This document shows, in pieces, positions 1 to 14,189 of a stretch of DNA of 64,000 bases; the stretch's first letter is position 1; each line of letters starts with the position of its first letter. A program made the translations under genes and the position numbers. The notes beneath the pieces are model-generated. The model was not told where the DNA came from. It ran no database searches and saw only the letters and a program-made list of their open reading frames with translations. Origin of the DNA: Camelus dromedarius (taxonomy: Eukaryota); the NCBI RefSeq assembly GCF_036321535.1, contig NC_087436.1:24988001-25052000 (forward strand), given 5' to 3'.

Positions 1-300
1 AACTGACTCTAAAGAGCACTTAGTGCAGTCGTACTTCATACACTAACTCATGCCATTCCATTCCTGTGAAGTTGAACTCTAATCTAATGATACTGATCCG
101 TGTTTAACTAGTCAGGATAGTATTTTCCTGTGGAGGGTGATGACTGGAAGGGAGCACAAGGAAGATTTGGGGTCCTTGTAAATTTCTGCATCCCGCTATG
201 GGTGCTGGTTACACAGATGTGTTTACTTAGTTTACAACTCATCAACCTATTCACTTACTATTTATGTGATTTTCTATAGGTCTGTTATAGTTTAATAGAC
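1..300 (+). mobile_element. Ancient L1 (L1ME-like) 3'-end fragment
   Basis: Motifs gactggaagggagcacaagg...gggtgctggttacacagatgtgtttac...ttatagtttaata resemble L1ME 3'UTR consensus from recall; highly diverged. Confidence 0.55.
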
Positions 301-1834
301 AGCTGGTTTCCTTATTTGAAATTGAATTTGAGCAAATGATTCCCTTTTTTGTAACTTTCTTGACGTTGGATCTTTTATTTATTCAATTTAGGTATTAAAT
401 AGGTATTTAATTACTTGGTACCCAGTAGCATGCACTGGGCTGAGGGAGATAGGAAAGCATACACAACTCTTCAACTTCTGGGTACCTGATTCTAGTGAGA
501 GATAATACAACATGCATCTGTAAATGGTTGAGAAACACAGTTTTCATTTTCTTTCATTTTCTTATCTGCGAAAGAAAGGAATTAAACTAGATGATCTCCA
601 AAAAATTTTCCAGCTTTAAAATGTGATCATTGAGTGTGTATTTAAGAGCTAAAAATTTTGTGATGTAGAACTTAATTATGTAAGTATATAAAGTAAATGA
701 TGAAACCATCAGAGAGGTTTTTATGGAAGAAATAATTCTTTAAGGCTCAGTTTTAAGGATCTATAATTATGGAACAGGGAAAAAAATTATTCATGTAAGA
801 ATATTCAGGCTTCTGTGTCTCACTACTCACTCACATAGTGCCTGATGTCAATCCAGATAAACAGAAGAATCAAAAAGATTTATAATATAAATAATAATCT
901 ATTAGGACTCACTATCAGGGAAAAGGTAGGCAAATTCAAATCAGGACAAGGGAGGAAAGTGAAGAATTAGGGGCTGAATTTAGAAAATGTTTTGGGTTGA
1001 AACTTGGAAGGAAGGGAGAGAAAGAATTGGATATTAGAAGTAGTACAAAGGGTTTTATCATGTTTTGCAGTGTATTGAGTATCTTTTCGTCTTACCTCTG
1101 CCATCCATCTTGCCCCTTGGTGGAAAAGGGTAAAAGCAGGAATTGCTTTCATTTACAATTTTGTGTCATTTGAAGATTATGAGGGTTTGGGCTGAGTGAG
1201 GCCTAAGACAAATGTTGGTTATAGTTTTCTGTAGTCAAAACAGGAAGAAGACATTCTAGGAAGTGAGAGCAATTTGAGACAAGAAGAGAAAGGAACCATA
1301 ATTTATGCTAATTAGAAAGTGATTAGACTCTCCTAGCAAAAGGTGGTACTTTATGTTGGGAACATTTGGGAACTGAAGTTATTTAGGTACATTGACTGCA
1401 GGCTTTGATGAACTAGGATGATTCAGTTAAGAAACCAGCTGTTAAAAAGTCAGAAACTCTAATGGCCTCCCTGATACTTATCACCATAAACATATAATAG
1501 ATATTTTACTTACTTCTGGGATGCATACAAAATTTTGCGGCAATATGTGGGATGCACTATGAGAAAAAGCATCTCAAGCATGTAGAACGGCAATTATAAA
1601 AATTTGTTTCTGCAAACATGATGTCTGTACTAGCATGTGGACAGTATCATTATAAAGTGAAAATGAAGGAGAACATTTCCAAATAAGAACGGTGAGACTG
1701 GATGATTAAATAATGGATGGAGGGAAGGAGGAGTCAGTGACAGCTTCCAGGTCTTAAGCATGGGGAGAGTGGGAGAATTGGGTGATATTAACAAATTAGT
1801 ATTAAATTCTTTAAATATGAAACTTTTTTCACTT

Positions 1835-2760
1835 GCTCCTTCAACATGTTTATTGAAAACTTCTCTGGGTCTGTACTATGCACTCATTGGAACATGATGG
1901 TGAACATCAACCACAAAATGGGGTCCATTCCTCAGACTTCTTACCATTTTGTGGGGATTTAGATATCAAATCTGATCATTGCATACCCAGATGTATAATT
2001 CCAAATGAGAAGTCTTATGAAGCAATGGTATTTGGTTCTATAAGAACACTTAAGCAGAGATCAGACTTGGTCTGGGTTAGGGAGGACTTTCTGTAGGACA
2101 TTATACTGGAACTGAGACTTGAAAAAATGAAAGGAATAGTTCATTGAAGGGAGTGTTGGTGGGGAGGGGTTGGGTTGGTTTCATCAAAAGATAAGGATCA
2201 CGTTATGTATTTGGAGGGTAGGCAGGAGCAAGGCTCCGCAGAGCTTTCTAGACCACAATAAGGATGTTGGTATTTATTTTAAAGGCAATGGGAATCTAAC
2301 AAGGGTTTATACAGCAGAGGAGTGTTGTGATTGCCACTTGGAAAGTCAACTCTGGTTTAATATAGAGATTGGATTACAGAGGCTGGGTAATTGGGTAATT
2401 TTTATAATTGCCGTTCTACAGCTGTTCTACAGTAGGAGGCATAAGGAGTGGATCTGAGAGGACAGGAAGGATGTTACTGTTGTGGTCTGAGCTTGATGAA
2501 AGTGATGGTACCTGGAATGGGGGTACAGAGAGGTGGAGGAGGTTGGCCAGTGGGAGATTGTAGAGGGAGGAAAGAAGGCCTAAGGATGAACCTTGAAGAT
2601 CTAATATTTAAAGGCTGATGAAATCAGAAAGAGCCTTCAAAGGTGGCAGAGAAGAAATGGGTAGACATGGGGACAGCAGGACCACAGGAGAGGGTGTCAT
2701 CAAAGAAGACAAAGGGAAAACAGGAGAGGGAGTGTGTTGTCATAGAGACAAAGGAAGGGA
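1835..2760 (-). mobile_element. L2 LINE relic
   Basis: Starts with ttcaacatgtttattga (reverse complement of the L2 3' tail) followed by purine-rich L2-like sequence. Confidence 0.55.
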
Positions 2761-5700
2761 GGCTAAATACACTTCTATATAGCTCTGCAGCTCCAGAGAT
2801 GCTGCTTGACAGTGAATTATGGCCCTGGTACCACCACCACCACTGCATACCTTGGGAACCACCCCATCATAACTGGCCCTCTGCCACTGGACAATAGATA
2901 CTCTTGCCATTTCCTGGGATGGATTCTTGTCACAAATTCCTGATGCAAGTCTTTATTGATTTGCCAGTCTGGCAAAGCTTAGGTTATATTCCTGTACTCT
3001 AGACTCCTGGAGGTAGGGAAAGCATATAGCTGGCCTTTTTGCTTCTGTTATGAGAGGCAGGTATAGCCTTCCACAATATTCTCCCAAATTTAGGAAGGAG
3101 AAATCAGATTAAGGTAGAAAAAAATGAATTGGAAATGCCTACAATATTCCTCCTAAATGACATTTTATTACAGAAATTTCCAAAGCTTTTCTTGGTCCCT
3201 CTTTTCATCTTGGCGGGATGAGTTAATTGCCTCCTCTTGCTAACACTGTATTTTGCATGCATCATAGTGGCTCAATTTATCCCTGAAACATGTGCCCCTC
3301 CCCACCCACTGCACCATGCACTGTCAAAATTGGGTTGCGTATACAAGGGTAAAGATGCAATTTCTAACCTCACTAGTAAAAACAGTTTGCCCTTTTTTCT
3401 TTCCTAGTTCATTGCTTGGATAGAAAACTTTAAACACATATACTGACTGGGGTTTGTCTTTAGAGGTCTTGGGTAATGGGATGGTTTGAACTTTAAAGTG
3501 GTTTCAGCCTGGCAGCTTGGGTTTATTAATGATATTAAGGACACTCGAAAGAGAAACCCAAACAAAACATAGATAGGGGAAAAAAAACCCTTTATTTAAA
3601 ACAATTGATAAAGCCCATATACTTCATTTGAAGTGAATTTTAGAGAAATGTTTTGTAACATTTCAGTAAATCCTTTTTTTTTTGTTTTCTTTTAGATATA
3701 ACTTTTGAAGAGCTAAGAAAACATTTAGATAAGATGGAATATTAAAAATTATGGTATAGCATTAAAAAAAATCACACCCAAAACAGTAATTAACTTAAGG
3801 GAAGAGATTCATTTTAGGTCGAGATAATGGATAAGGTCTTAGATTTTTGATAATTTAAATAATGAAGAGGAATGAGTCATATGAACACATTGGGAAAAGA
3901 TTTACATTTCTTGATATTTGACATGAATATTTACATAGATTAAGATAACATAAAACTTATCATGCCCTACTACAGTGAGGTCATCAATCACAAACTTAAG
4001 GAAATTCAACAATTCAGAGGAGAGGTTGTCAGCTTCTAAGAGTGAGCATACACAGTGCCTCCTACGTGACATTGGATCCAGATGCTCTATGTCTTTGATA
4101 CTGTACTGGATTTCCTGGAACAGTAAAGAGAGCAATACCAATTTTAAGGATTTTACAATCCTTTCTTTAACCAATCAGATTCCTCCCAGTGTAGAATGAA
4201 GTCCTCTTTTGATTTTTAACTCGGAGTCCTGCAGAACTTGTCGATTTACTAGGCTCCCTTTCGCCTTGCAAGCAAAATAACTTTGAAATTTTTGACCTTT
4301 AGTTTTTTCCTTCAAAAACTAAGTTTTCTTCAACACTTTAAATTTGTCATTTTTTTAGCATTCAAAATAAATACTCATGTTTGCACCCAACATTATTTTC
4401 ACAATTTTGTGCTGTTTTCTGAGCTCCTTCCCTTCTGCTAGGACCCAGGAGATTCTGGATCTCTCTGTTATTTAATTAGTTCCACTGACATAGAGTTGGT
4501 ATTGTGTTCTTTCAGCTTCACTTTTCCTTTTGTTTTTCTTTCTTTACTTCCTTTCTATTTTAAAAAGTCATTTTAATTTCCATTTTTCTGCCTCTTTGGA
4601 ATGATCAAGAAGCTTCAGATAGATAGGAATTATATAGATAGGAATTTAGTACTAAGAATGTGAAAAATAGTAGAATCATAAACCATTTTGTAAATAAATT
4701 ATAAATGACTTTCAAGGTCACATTAATTTCAGAGTTAGTTCGAACCTGGTTTGTTGTCTGTTATTCTAATATTAGTTTCAGCATTTCTAGCCACTCCTCC
4801 TCTAAAATATCACAAATGTATATGAGCTTCTTTCTACAGTGCTTGATATTTACCCAAACTCAAACTAGTAAGACTTTATAAAATCCTCAGTTCATTTACA
4901 TAAAATATACATTATCATAGAAAATTCACCTTCAGTGTTAATAACCCCTTCACAACAATTAGATTCTAAAGGGAGCATGGAAGGCAAAAATCACAGAGTC
5001 AAATTTACTAAATTACCCTTGAACATTTCTTAAATAGCCCATACGCAAGTGAGGTGCTCATCCCATGAGAGAGACAAGAAAACTGAGGTTGAGAAGGGTG
5101 AAAGCAGATACAGATAATTCATCTCTTAGTCACTCTGGGGCCAGTGCTTACTGAGAAGGATGATGGGGCTGTTTATGGCACTATTGACATAGATACCTAG
5201 CTATGCTAGTTCTGTATTCATTTTCTCTCTCTGTCTCTCTGTCTCTTTTCTCTCTCCCCCCAGTCTGTCCTCCTGAATCAGGCCACATTAAGGATAAAAT
5301 TGGCATATGTTCCCAATTGAATCCTTAGGATTTGATGTAGCATCAAATTTGACCAGAGTAAGTCTATTGGAAGAGCGATTTGGCCAGGTTAACACAGTTA
5401 AATTGCAGTTACTTCAGAATCCAAACAAAATCCAGTTTTCCACTTCACAATCATTTGGATAACTGTGATCTTATAAACTGGTCTACGATTCTTGGCACAA
5501 CTGAAAGTCAACTCTAGCTGTTTGCCATGTGAGCTTAGGCATAGCTCCATTAATATAAAACTCACAATCATCAATGCGTGTTAAAGATGCTTTTGGGGGT
5601 GTGTGACAGCCTTTGAAATTTGCCTTTGTGATGAGCTAGAAGTAATCATTGTATGGTAATTAAACATTTAAAAACATCCATTGTGTACTACAGGAAGATT

Positions 5701-7094
5701 TCAGTTTTGCCATTTTTCCCCTACAATTGCTGATTTGCTACATTTATTCTTTGTCTTTCTTGTGAATACATTTATTGCTAATGTTTTTAGCATTATTGTT
5801 AGTGTCACTGCATAATTAGTGGTATTCAGCTGCTGCTTCTTAGCCTGAAAGAACTGTAATTAGTTTTCATTCACTAGTGGCGTTTATGGCAGCATCAGGG
5901 TCTTTGCCAAAGGTATAAGGACTATAATTCTATTGTTAGGTTTTAAATTCCTACAAACTTAAAAATCTATTTTGTTCATTTTAAGTAGTAAAAAAGGGTA
6001 TGAGTTACAAATGATAAATTCACTCCGTTTGGGGAAAAGGATATTACAGCATTGGAGTGAGTGGTGTGTCTGGATATGAAGTATCAAGTTGTTCTCTGTC
6101 TGAAGTGGGAAATTCTCTTCTCACCGTTTAATTGGTTAATTCTGAATAACCCAGATCATGTTCAAGAGATCTGTTCTTTGTACTTTCTTCACCAATTGTG
6201 CTGTCTAAAGCAAAATATTCTTAGTGAGCAAAAACGCAGGCTTATACAATCAAGCCATCCTGAATTCAAAACCTGCTTGATTTATTAAGTAGCCCTTAAA
6301 GGGTCCATTGTGAAGATTTAATTCAATGAAGTTGGTAAAGCACTTAAAACAGTGTTTCATAAATACTAGCTATGATGATCATTTCTTTATATTTGTGCTG
6401 CCAACTCTGTTTTATTTTTAAAGGATGGTCAAAAGTCTCTATCCCAGGATCTTTATGTCAGAAAGCCTTATTAGGGTCAGAGTGTTCTGGAATTATAAAG
6501 AGGGAAGGCATAGATCAGAGTGAGTATCAAATGAAGGAATGTACTTTGAAGAGTGTTTAATTAATATTGACTCAAGTAATAGAAATCCAAAGCAGTAGAG
6601 ATGTTGTTAAATTCTGCCTAAATTCTGAGGTCTTTGTGCTCGGGTTTTGGGCCATCCCCTTGTTACTGCTGCTAGAGCTTTTGGCAGTGTGTGTGGGGGT
6701 GAAGGGTGTGAGTGCAAGAGTGTGTGGGCTGTGTGTTGAGGGGGGCAGGGCGCAGCTGAGCTTAAGTTGAGGAGTTCTGCAATCACTGTGGCCATCTCAG
6801 GAATCACTTTATCTTTGGCAGATCAAGGGTCTGCATGTCCTGGTCAATGGGTCTAGTCATTCACGTAGATGAGCTTGCTTCCCCTCTTTAAGTGTCATCA
6901 TCCACTTTTGGGGTTCTCACTTATTGACTTTAGGAAACCCAGTGTAGTCACCACTGCCCCACTGCCTCAGTAGCAGTTCACATTCTGACAGTGGTTTCAG
7001 AGTTTGGGAATAAAAGTTTCATGTTGTGAAGCAACCGTGGAGAGAGCAAGAATGAGGGAAGAGTTAAAAATCCCTCTATGCCGACATCTCTCAT

Positions 7095-7300
7095 AATAAT
7101 ATGAGCTGACACTTTGGTAGATAGCCCTTGCTCTGTGTGCTTGGTGCTGTTACAAGTCTTTTATATACATTAACTCTTAATTCTCACAACAACTCTGTTA
7201 TCCTCATTCTATAATAAGGAAACAGAGGCAACACTGAGGAGTATTGGGACTGAGCCCAGGGTTTCTGTTCTTTGTTGATACCCCATGCTATACTGCCTCT
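7095..7300 (-). mobile_element. MIR SINE relic
   Basis: ttaattctcacaacaactctg-ttatcctcattctataataaggaaacagaggca matches the MIR core. Confidence 0.6.
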
Positions 7301-8229
7301 ATGTAGTGGTTGCAGGGAAATTCTTGTCTCTTCTGTTTGTTTGGACTGGCCAGAAATGCCCATTTTTCAGCTTACCACTGGCTGATAAATAAGAATCCAT
7401 CTGCAAGTCTTCTTTAATTACTGTTTAACCTTTTTTTCAAATTAAAGATGTAATTTATTTTTTAATTCTTAGAGATCTTTTCTGTCAGCTATATTCTTTA
7501 TATATTATCATGGCCTGCTTTTATACAGAAATAAAGAGAAATGGGCAGTTGAACTAATCATTTGGATTACTGAAGCAAAGGAATATAAATCTGTTGTTGA
7601 GGAAAGAAGGTTGAGATGTTGGATTGAGTAATGAAAAGCAAAAGCACTGATTATATTCACATGAGTCTATGTTAGCAGATCTTGGAGTCAAGATACCTTG
7701 CTCTGAAAATGTTTGCTATGTGCTATTTTTCTTGAATTTTAACATTTAAATCACATGCATTTTAAATATGTTACCAGAATGGAAAGGTTCTCATTTTTCT
7801 TTCCAGATCTGGAAGCTAGAGAGAAGGAACTGTTAAAGAGTTGAGAATTTTTTTTAATTACAGAAGAGGGGCTGGGGGTAAGGAGGAAAGTGACAGAGAA
7901 AAATAGGCCACACCATAATTCTGGCTATTTTCAACTAATTGAAAGTTGGCTAAAAACTAGTGAATTAATTATTTATTCAAAAGACTCATCTCTAGTAAGA
8001 GAAATTTCAATAACAAAACATTGAAGCTCTTGCCAAAACTCCTAAAGGAATTATCGTGGGCTGAATACAGTCAGTGTGCATCAAGTACACACGACATGAA
8101 TTGCCTCTACTTCTTTTTTTGACATTTTCTTGGGATAGTCTCAAGATTCAGTTTTGTATGCAGACCAGGAGTGATAAAAGGCAGACATCGGGGTTCTAAG
8201 CCTGGGAAGTACGCTAAATTAACATAAGA

Positions 8230-8390
8230 ATATCTGAGTCCTACTTCTGGCTTTATCACTTCATGTTAGTGTTCCCTTGGGCAATCCCAGACTTTCTCAT
8301 CTGTAAAATGGGATAATACATGTGCTGCCAACTCTTTGAGATTGTTATAAAGAAAGACAAAATTAACTACTATTTCAAGAGCATTTTGAG
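8230..8390 (+). mobile_element. MIR SINE relic
   Basis: ccttgggcaa...tttctcatctgtaaaatgggataata MIR core. Confidence 0.6.
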
Positions 8391-10139
8391 AATCTGTTGG
8401 AGACAGGAAGAACAGAAGGCATTGTGGTAGAGCAGATGAGGCAGGTAAATGCCAACGGTGAAACACAGTAGAGGCTCATACGAGTTCCATGAGATAAGTC
8501 TGACCGCACAACCCCAGTGGGTGTTTTTAAATATACCAATATCTACTGCCCACCTCCAGGGTTTCTGCTTTAAATGTTTTGGGGCTATGCCCACTTACAG
8601 ATTTTTTTCCCCCCAAATTCCCAAGGTGATTGTAAAGAGCAATCAAGGGTAAAACCTCTGCTGTAGGGTTTCTTGAACAAATTTGCACTTTGGGCAAAAT
8701 AGACACATTGACATTTTTGGCTTGAAAAATGAAAACCCTCTTACAAATGTATCTAATGTAAATGAAATTCATGAAGACACAGTGTTGACCAAAAGAGGGG
8801 ATCTCTAATCAGAAACAGACATAAGTATAGAAAGTATCTTTCATAATTGGAAGATCCAAACTAAAATGAAACAAATGTACTTATTTAACTTTTAAGATAA
8901 TTTTTCATATCGATGAGTCTTGGAAGCCAGGTTTGTGGAGTTCCAATTACAGAAAAGGCTTCAAAAGTGTTATCATACATCATGAGAAAATATAATAACT
9001 CTTAAAAAGAGGGCCAAGGTAATAAAATTATCATAAACAACTTGATTCAGTTACTCAACAGAACATCTAGTGATTAAAAACTTCTGTCCCTGTAGATTCA
9101 CAGTTTAAATTCAATTCACTTATATTTTTGCCCTGTCGCTAATTGTATTGAAAATTCAATGATAAGTAAAATATAAAGGTGGCAATTTAAAACTAAATGT
9201 TTATCAGCTTGAGGATGTCTCAATTTGGTGCTTAATTTGAGTAATTTAGAGACTGTTAGAAAGTTGCTAAGAAGAATTAGTTTCAAAACATTTGGGACTA
9301 TTTCCCCTCAAATATAATGATGCTTAAAATAGAAAAGTGCTTGAAGTTATAAAGTTTTATGTTCTGGCCTCCCATGGACTTTAAAATAAAACTTTCCAGT
9401 AAATGGCCATGATCTTGTTAACTGAGCAGAGGAATTCTTTGGATAGAACCACAGATTGTCTTGCTCAGTTTGCAGCAGAAGAAACCAAAGCCAGGAAGCA
9501 CTAAGTGGTGTTTCCAACACCACACGGCTCATTAGTGGAAGAACTTGCACAAATCTCTTAGCTCTCAGTCCTCTCTGTCTCATTCTAGAGAAGCCCAATA
9601 AATATTTATTAGCTTTTCTGTGCGATGGACCTTGGACTTGGCAATGTGTGGCTGATACAATCTTACAGTGTACCTCAAATCCTTGGGTGAATCCCTTGCT
9701 GATGTGTCTAATCTTTTGGCAGTTTACTTGTAGGATTTCTCTGAGATTTCACTTGGGGTCTTTTAGGTAGTATTAAAACATTTTTATGTTCTGGGATTCA
9801 AATATTGGGATGTGTTAAAGTCCAGCAGCATTCACATCACAAATGACCAGGAGCCTAGTCAACCAGTAGCCAAAAGAGGTTATGGTGAACTACTATTCAA
9901 ATGAAAGCTCCAAGCATCATTAAGAGGTTGATTCACATAGAATTTGACTCACAGCACACTGGGTATCACCAATAGTCTGATAATTTTAATACCTATATAA
10001 GCCAGAATCAAAGTCATCATGCCACTATCAACATATTTTCAAATATATTATCCTGTTGTTTAATCTCCTGCTCCTATTCTGCCTCCTAAACCCTATACTC
10101 CCAAAGAAGGCTACATGCTACCCCTGTCATAGTTATTAT

Positions 10140-10653
10140 TGTTACCGAGTCCAAACTCGTTCTGTTTGCTGCACGACAGGCCAGTAAATTGGGAGATGAG
10201 GTGTTGCGGCAAGGAATAATGACTTTATTCAGAAAGCCAGCAAACCGAGAAGATGGCAGACTAATGTCCTGGAGAACCATCTTACCCAAGTTAGAATTCA
10301 GACTCCTTTTATACTAAAAGGATTGGGAGGTATGGTTGGTTGGTGCAAATTTCTTGGTGTCAGAATCCTTTGTTCTTGCAGCTGTCCACATAGGTCAGGA
10401 TGTTCCTGTAAACCCCCAACAAGACAAGTATTATTTTCTGTTCTGCAACTTTTTATCTCTATATGAATAGAAAAATGTTATACCTTAAAAGTCAGAGCTT
10501 TGAGAATGGGCTATCCTGTATATTTCAGGCTATAGGCAATACTGTTTTACCAAAGATGCAGAATCAGCATGACTAAGCACAGGAAACAGAGCAGAGGGTT
10601 AGAGCTAAAGGAACAGGTTTAATACAGAGTCAGATTTGTTCTTCCCTATTGTA
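10140..10653 (-). mobile_element. ERV1-class solo LTR
   Basis: Begins tgttaccgagtcc; on the minus strand has TATAAAA and AATAAA in LTR order; clearly homologous over ~500 bp to the + strand copy at 57355-57865; imperfect 4-bp flanks ttat/taat. Confidence 0.8.
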
Positions 10654-13499
10654 TAATGACACGCAAGTTGTTAAACTGATAGAATGGATTACACTAGTGG
10701 ACAGAGATAGAAAAATAGTAATCAAGCATGAAATATGAGTTTTACAACTCTGCAAGTACTTGTTATAGAACTAGTAATGGGCTTCATGAAATATTTTATA
10801 TCTCACAAATATGAGACGAGAAATAAAAAAATTAAAAAATTGGGGGAAGAGTGTTTTAAACCTAAGTATTTAAAGACTTGTTATTATTTAAAAAATCAAA
10901 CAGATCTTAACAGTAAGTAATGAATTTGTAAGTGCCTTGATTCACATTTACCTAATAAAAATTAACCATTGAGTATATTGTGAGACTATGTGAAAATCTA
11001 AGGTTTATTCCAAATTATACTTCTGTCATTTGAGGCTTCACAGGTCATTCATTCTTTTGTCTTCCAGCATGCTTCAGACAATTATTTCTATTCTTTTAAA
11101 ATACTCTATTTTTAACTATCTTCTGAGAGGGAGATTCTCTGGCCCCTTAGGCATTTATTCTGGCCCAAAGAGGGTAAATTTGTGTTCAAAGAATAAGGGA
11201 GTTGGGATTCAATTCCAGGTCTTCTGTTTTCTGAGACTGGCCTTTTAACCACTCCAGGTTTTCGCAGATGCACCGTGTCTTAGGAAATTTGGGTAGAGGA
11301 TGGTTGACAAGCAGTGAGCTCTTTTAGGCTCTGCATGAGGCCAGTGTCTAGACATAAGAGCCAGCCACACTAGGTTTTAAAGTCGCTATCTTGTGTTGTT
11401 GTTGTTGTTTTATCCATTATAGAATTGTACCAGCTTTGAATAAGTTCTTTTAGTTTAGGGTTCCCTTCGACAGAATTTGGATAGGGGCATGGTCCTAGAG
11501 GATAATTAGTAATCTTATATACCTTTGTTCATCACTCTAATTATTTTCTGGACCGTTCTCCAAAGGCTTGTCTCAGATCCCAGGGAGAGGAGACTATTAT
11601 AGAAAGTGAGTTGAGTAGAAGAGATGTATCCATATGAAACTAACATCCATGGTGATATGGCATTGTTGCCTAGTAACAGAGTTGAACCACGGAATTCAGG
11701 CTGAGTTGGAGAGCAGCTATGCCCTCAGGACAGAATGTATCACTGCAGGCCAGAGTCCTTGGGTTCAGGTGAGCTGACAGGGCCACCAAGAGAAGCAACC
11801 ACCTTCATTGGAATATAGCAGTACAGACAGAGAGCTGTTTGATGGAACAGTAGAGGAAACGGAGGATACCCGTGGGAAAAGATGGTGGTCATAATCATGT
11901 GGTGAAATCAAGTGGAAGAACCTAACAACCTTCTTGAACTCATGGAAGAAGATTTTACAACTAGCATTTTCAGCTACTTTTGCTCTTTGTCTAAGACAAG
12001 AAGTTTTTTCATGGTTAGCAGTCAGTTATCCTGTCCTGGCTGATGTGACCTGGGGAAATACAATTTATGTATTTATTTGTATACTAAGGATAGTTCATTA
12101 CAGCTACTTGCAGTTATTAACTGTTAGAAATTTTGGGGTTCTATTAATATATTATTATTGATATAATAGCTTAAAGCAAGAATTTGATGTCATTAAAAAT
12201 AGTTAAATGGTAGAAATCAATGAAATAAAGCTGGACAATGAAAATCAATGAAAATCGCTTTTCAGATAATCTGAGTAAATAGTTGCCTGTAGGTTCCACC
12301 TTGAAGTTTGACCAGAATGTCCTTAAATAAACAGTTCTGGGACATTTTGCAGAGTTTGTGTTTAGATATTATTTGATACCAAAGGACATTCTTATTATTT
12401 GCATATCAAGAGCATTTTATTTTATTTTTTGAATAGGAAAGCAGCTTCCATAATCAGATGAACTTCATAGCACACATTCAGTTCAGAGCAGCACTAACAA
12501 AAATGTCCTTAATTGTTTTTCCTTGCTTGAACAAAGATCATGACTCCTTTATAGATCTTCAAACAGTGTGGTGAACTCTTTTAATATGCATGTCAGTTTC
12601 TCTTTCAAATGATATTTTGAAGTTTGCAAACTTGTGAGCTCAATGTCCATACGGATGTCCTGGGGCCCTTCCTCCCTGTGGACCACAAGGCAGATCATAG
12701 AGGAGGAGGGACTATGATTTGCCCTTGTATCAAAGAGAGCCATGAGATTGATGTGAAGAGGACCTAAGTGTCGTGGTTGCCCAGCTTCTGGTCTAGACCC
12801 TTATTTCTTCCTTCTGTACCCCAAACATCCTGAACCCAGTTAGGCTGGAAGATTTTGAACAAGAGAGGGTCTTTTTGACCACTTACTGACATGTAGGATG
12901 ATATCATTGAATAATTTTAAAAAGTGCTCCTCAGTGACCTCCCCACCCCATCTTCATGATCCCTTGTTTAAATATTAAAATTTCACAAATGAGATCAAAA
13001 GCTTTGTGAGGCCATTATGGCCAGTATCAGAGAGCTCAACCATCTGCTTAACTCTGTAAAATTTCAGGAAAATTTAATACAACATGTTGTAAGAACTCCC
13101 GCCTGGTGGAATCCATGACAAAGCCTTCCACGGAAGCTCCCAACTAAACCAAATTTAGTGTGTTTTATGGCCCAGAAAATGATCCTGTTCAGGGAAACTG
13201 GTTTGGTAAATGCTTTCAAAATTAAAGGAACAATTCCCACTACAAATGTTGTTCACAATGCAAATGCGCTTAGTAAAACCCAAGGCCAACCCATTGCAGA
13301 AAACCTATAGGATATGCTTAAACCATCACTTACTACTCAGCTCAGAAGGGTTGGATTAGGAGTCTGCTTGAAACCAGAGTCTAGATTGCAGAATGGAAAC
13401 TTCGGTGAAAAATGAAGGGCCCCTTGAGAGCATATGACATTCAGAAAACTTAGTCTGAGAAATCAAACAGTAATAGATTGCATCTGCCAATTGGTGATC

Positions 13500-13634
13500 T
13501 TGATTATTCACCTATTCATAGTCAGAGGGTTCAGGCCTGATGGCTCTTTTTAGTGCAAGGTTTGGAAACATCTTTGTTAATGAGTGGAATAATAGAAATA
13601 CACAGTCAGATTCATTGAGTAGTTATCACACATC
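13500..13634 (+). mobile_element. Possible CR1/L3 RT fragment
   Basis: ggctctttttagtgcaaggtttggaaacatctttgttaatgagtgga resembles the CR1 GSVLGPVLFNIFINDL coding motif; very diverged. Confidence 0.35.
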
Positions 13635-13647
13635 TGCCATTGCTCTT

Positions 13648-14175
13648 TTTTTTTTTTAATTAATAAATACGATGATTTTATTTACTTTTTAATTGAAGTC
13701 AGTTTACAGTATGTCAATTTCTGGTGTATAGCATAACGTTTTAGTCATACGTATACACACATATATTCCTGTTCATGTTCTTTTTCATTGAAGGTTATTA
13801 CAAGTTAGTGAATTTGTGCTATACAGTAGGACCCTGTTGTGTATTTTATGTATAGTAGTTAGTATCTGCAAATCTCAAACTCCCAATTTATCCCTTCCCA
13901 CCCTCTTCCCCTCAGTAACCAGATGTTTGTTTTCTATGTTTGTGAGTCTGTTTCTGTTTTGTAAATAGGCTCATTTGTCTTTTTTTTAGATCCCACATAT
14001 AAGTGATATCATATGATATTTTTCTTTATCTTTCTGGCTTACTTTGCTTAGAATGAAGATCTCCAGGTCCATCCATGTTGCTGCAAATGGCATTATTCCA
14101 TTCTTTTTTATGGCTGAATAGTATTCCATTGTATAAATATACCACAGCTTCTTTATCCAGTCATCTTTCAGTGGA
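13648..14175 (-). mobile_element. 5'-truncated L1 (ORF2 C-terminus plus 3'UTR)
   Basis: Poly(T) at left end; L1 3' sequence on minus strand; 13-bp TSD tgccattgctctt (13635-13647) / tgccattactctt (14176-14188); same subfamily style as 43863-44701. Confidence 0.9.
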
Positions 14176-14189
14176 TGCCATTACTCTTA

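Noticed and set aside
7790..7885. Strong acceptor tttttctttccag at 7806 with a donor near 7878
   Set aside because: All three frames hit a stop within the putative exon; such sites are common by chance. A non-coding or terminal exon cannot be excluded.
12549..12743. 64-aa minus-strand ORF with protein-like composition
   Set aside because: No recognisable domain and no convincing splice or promoter context.
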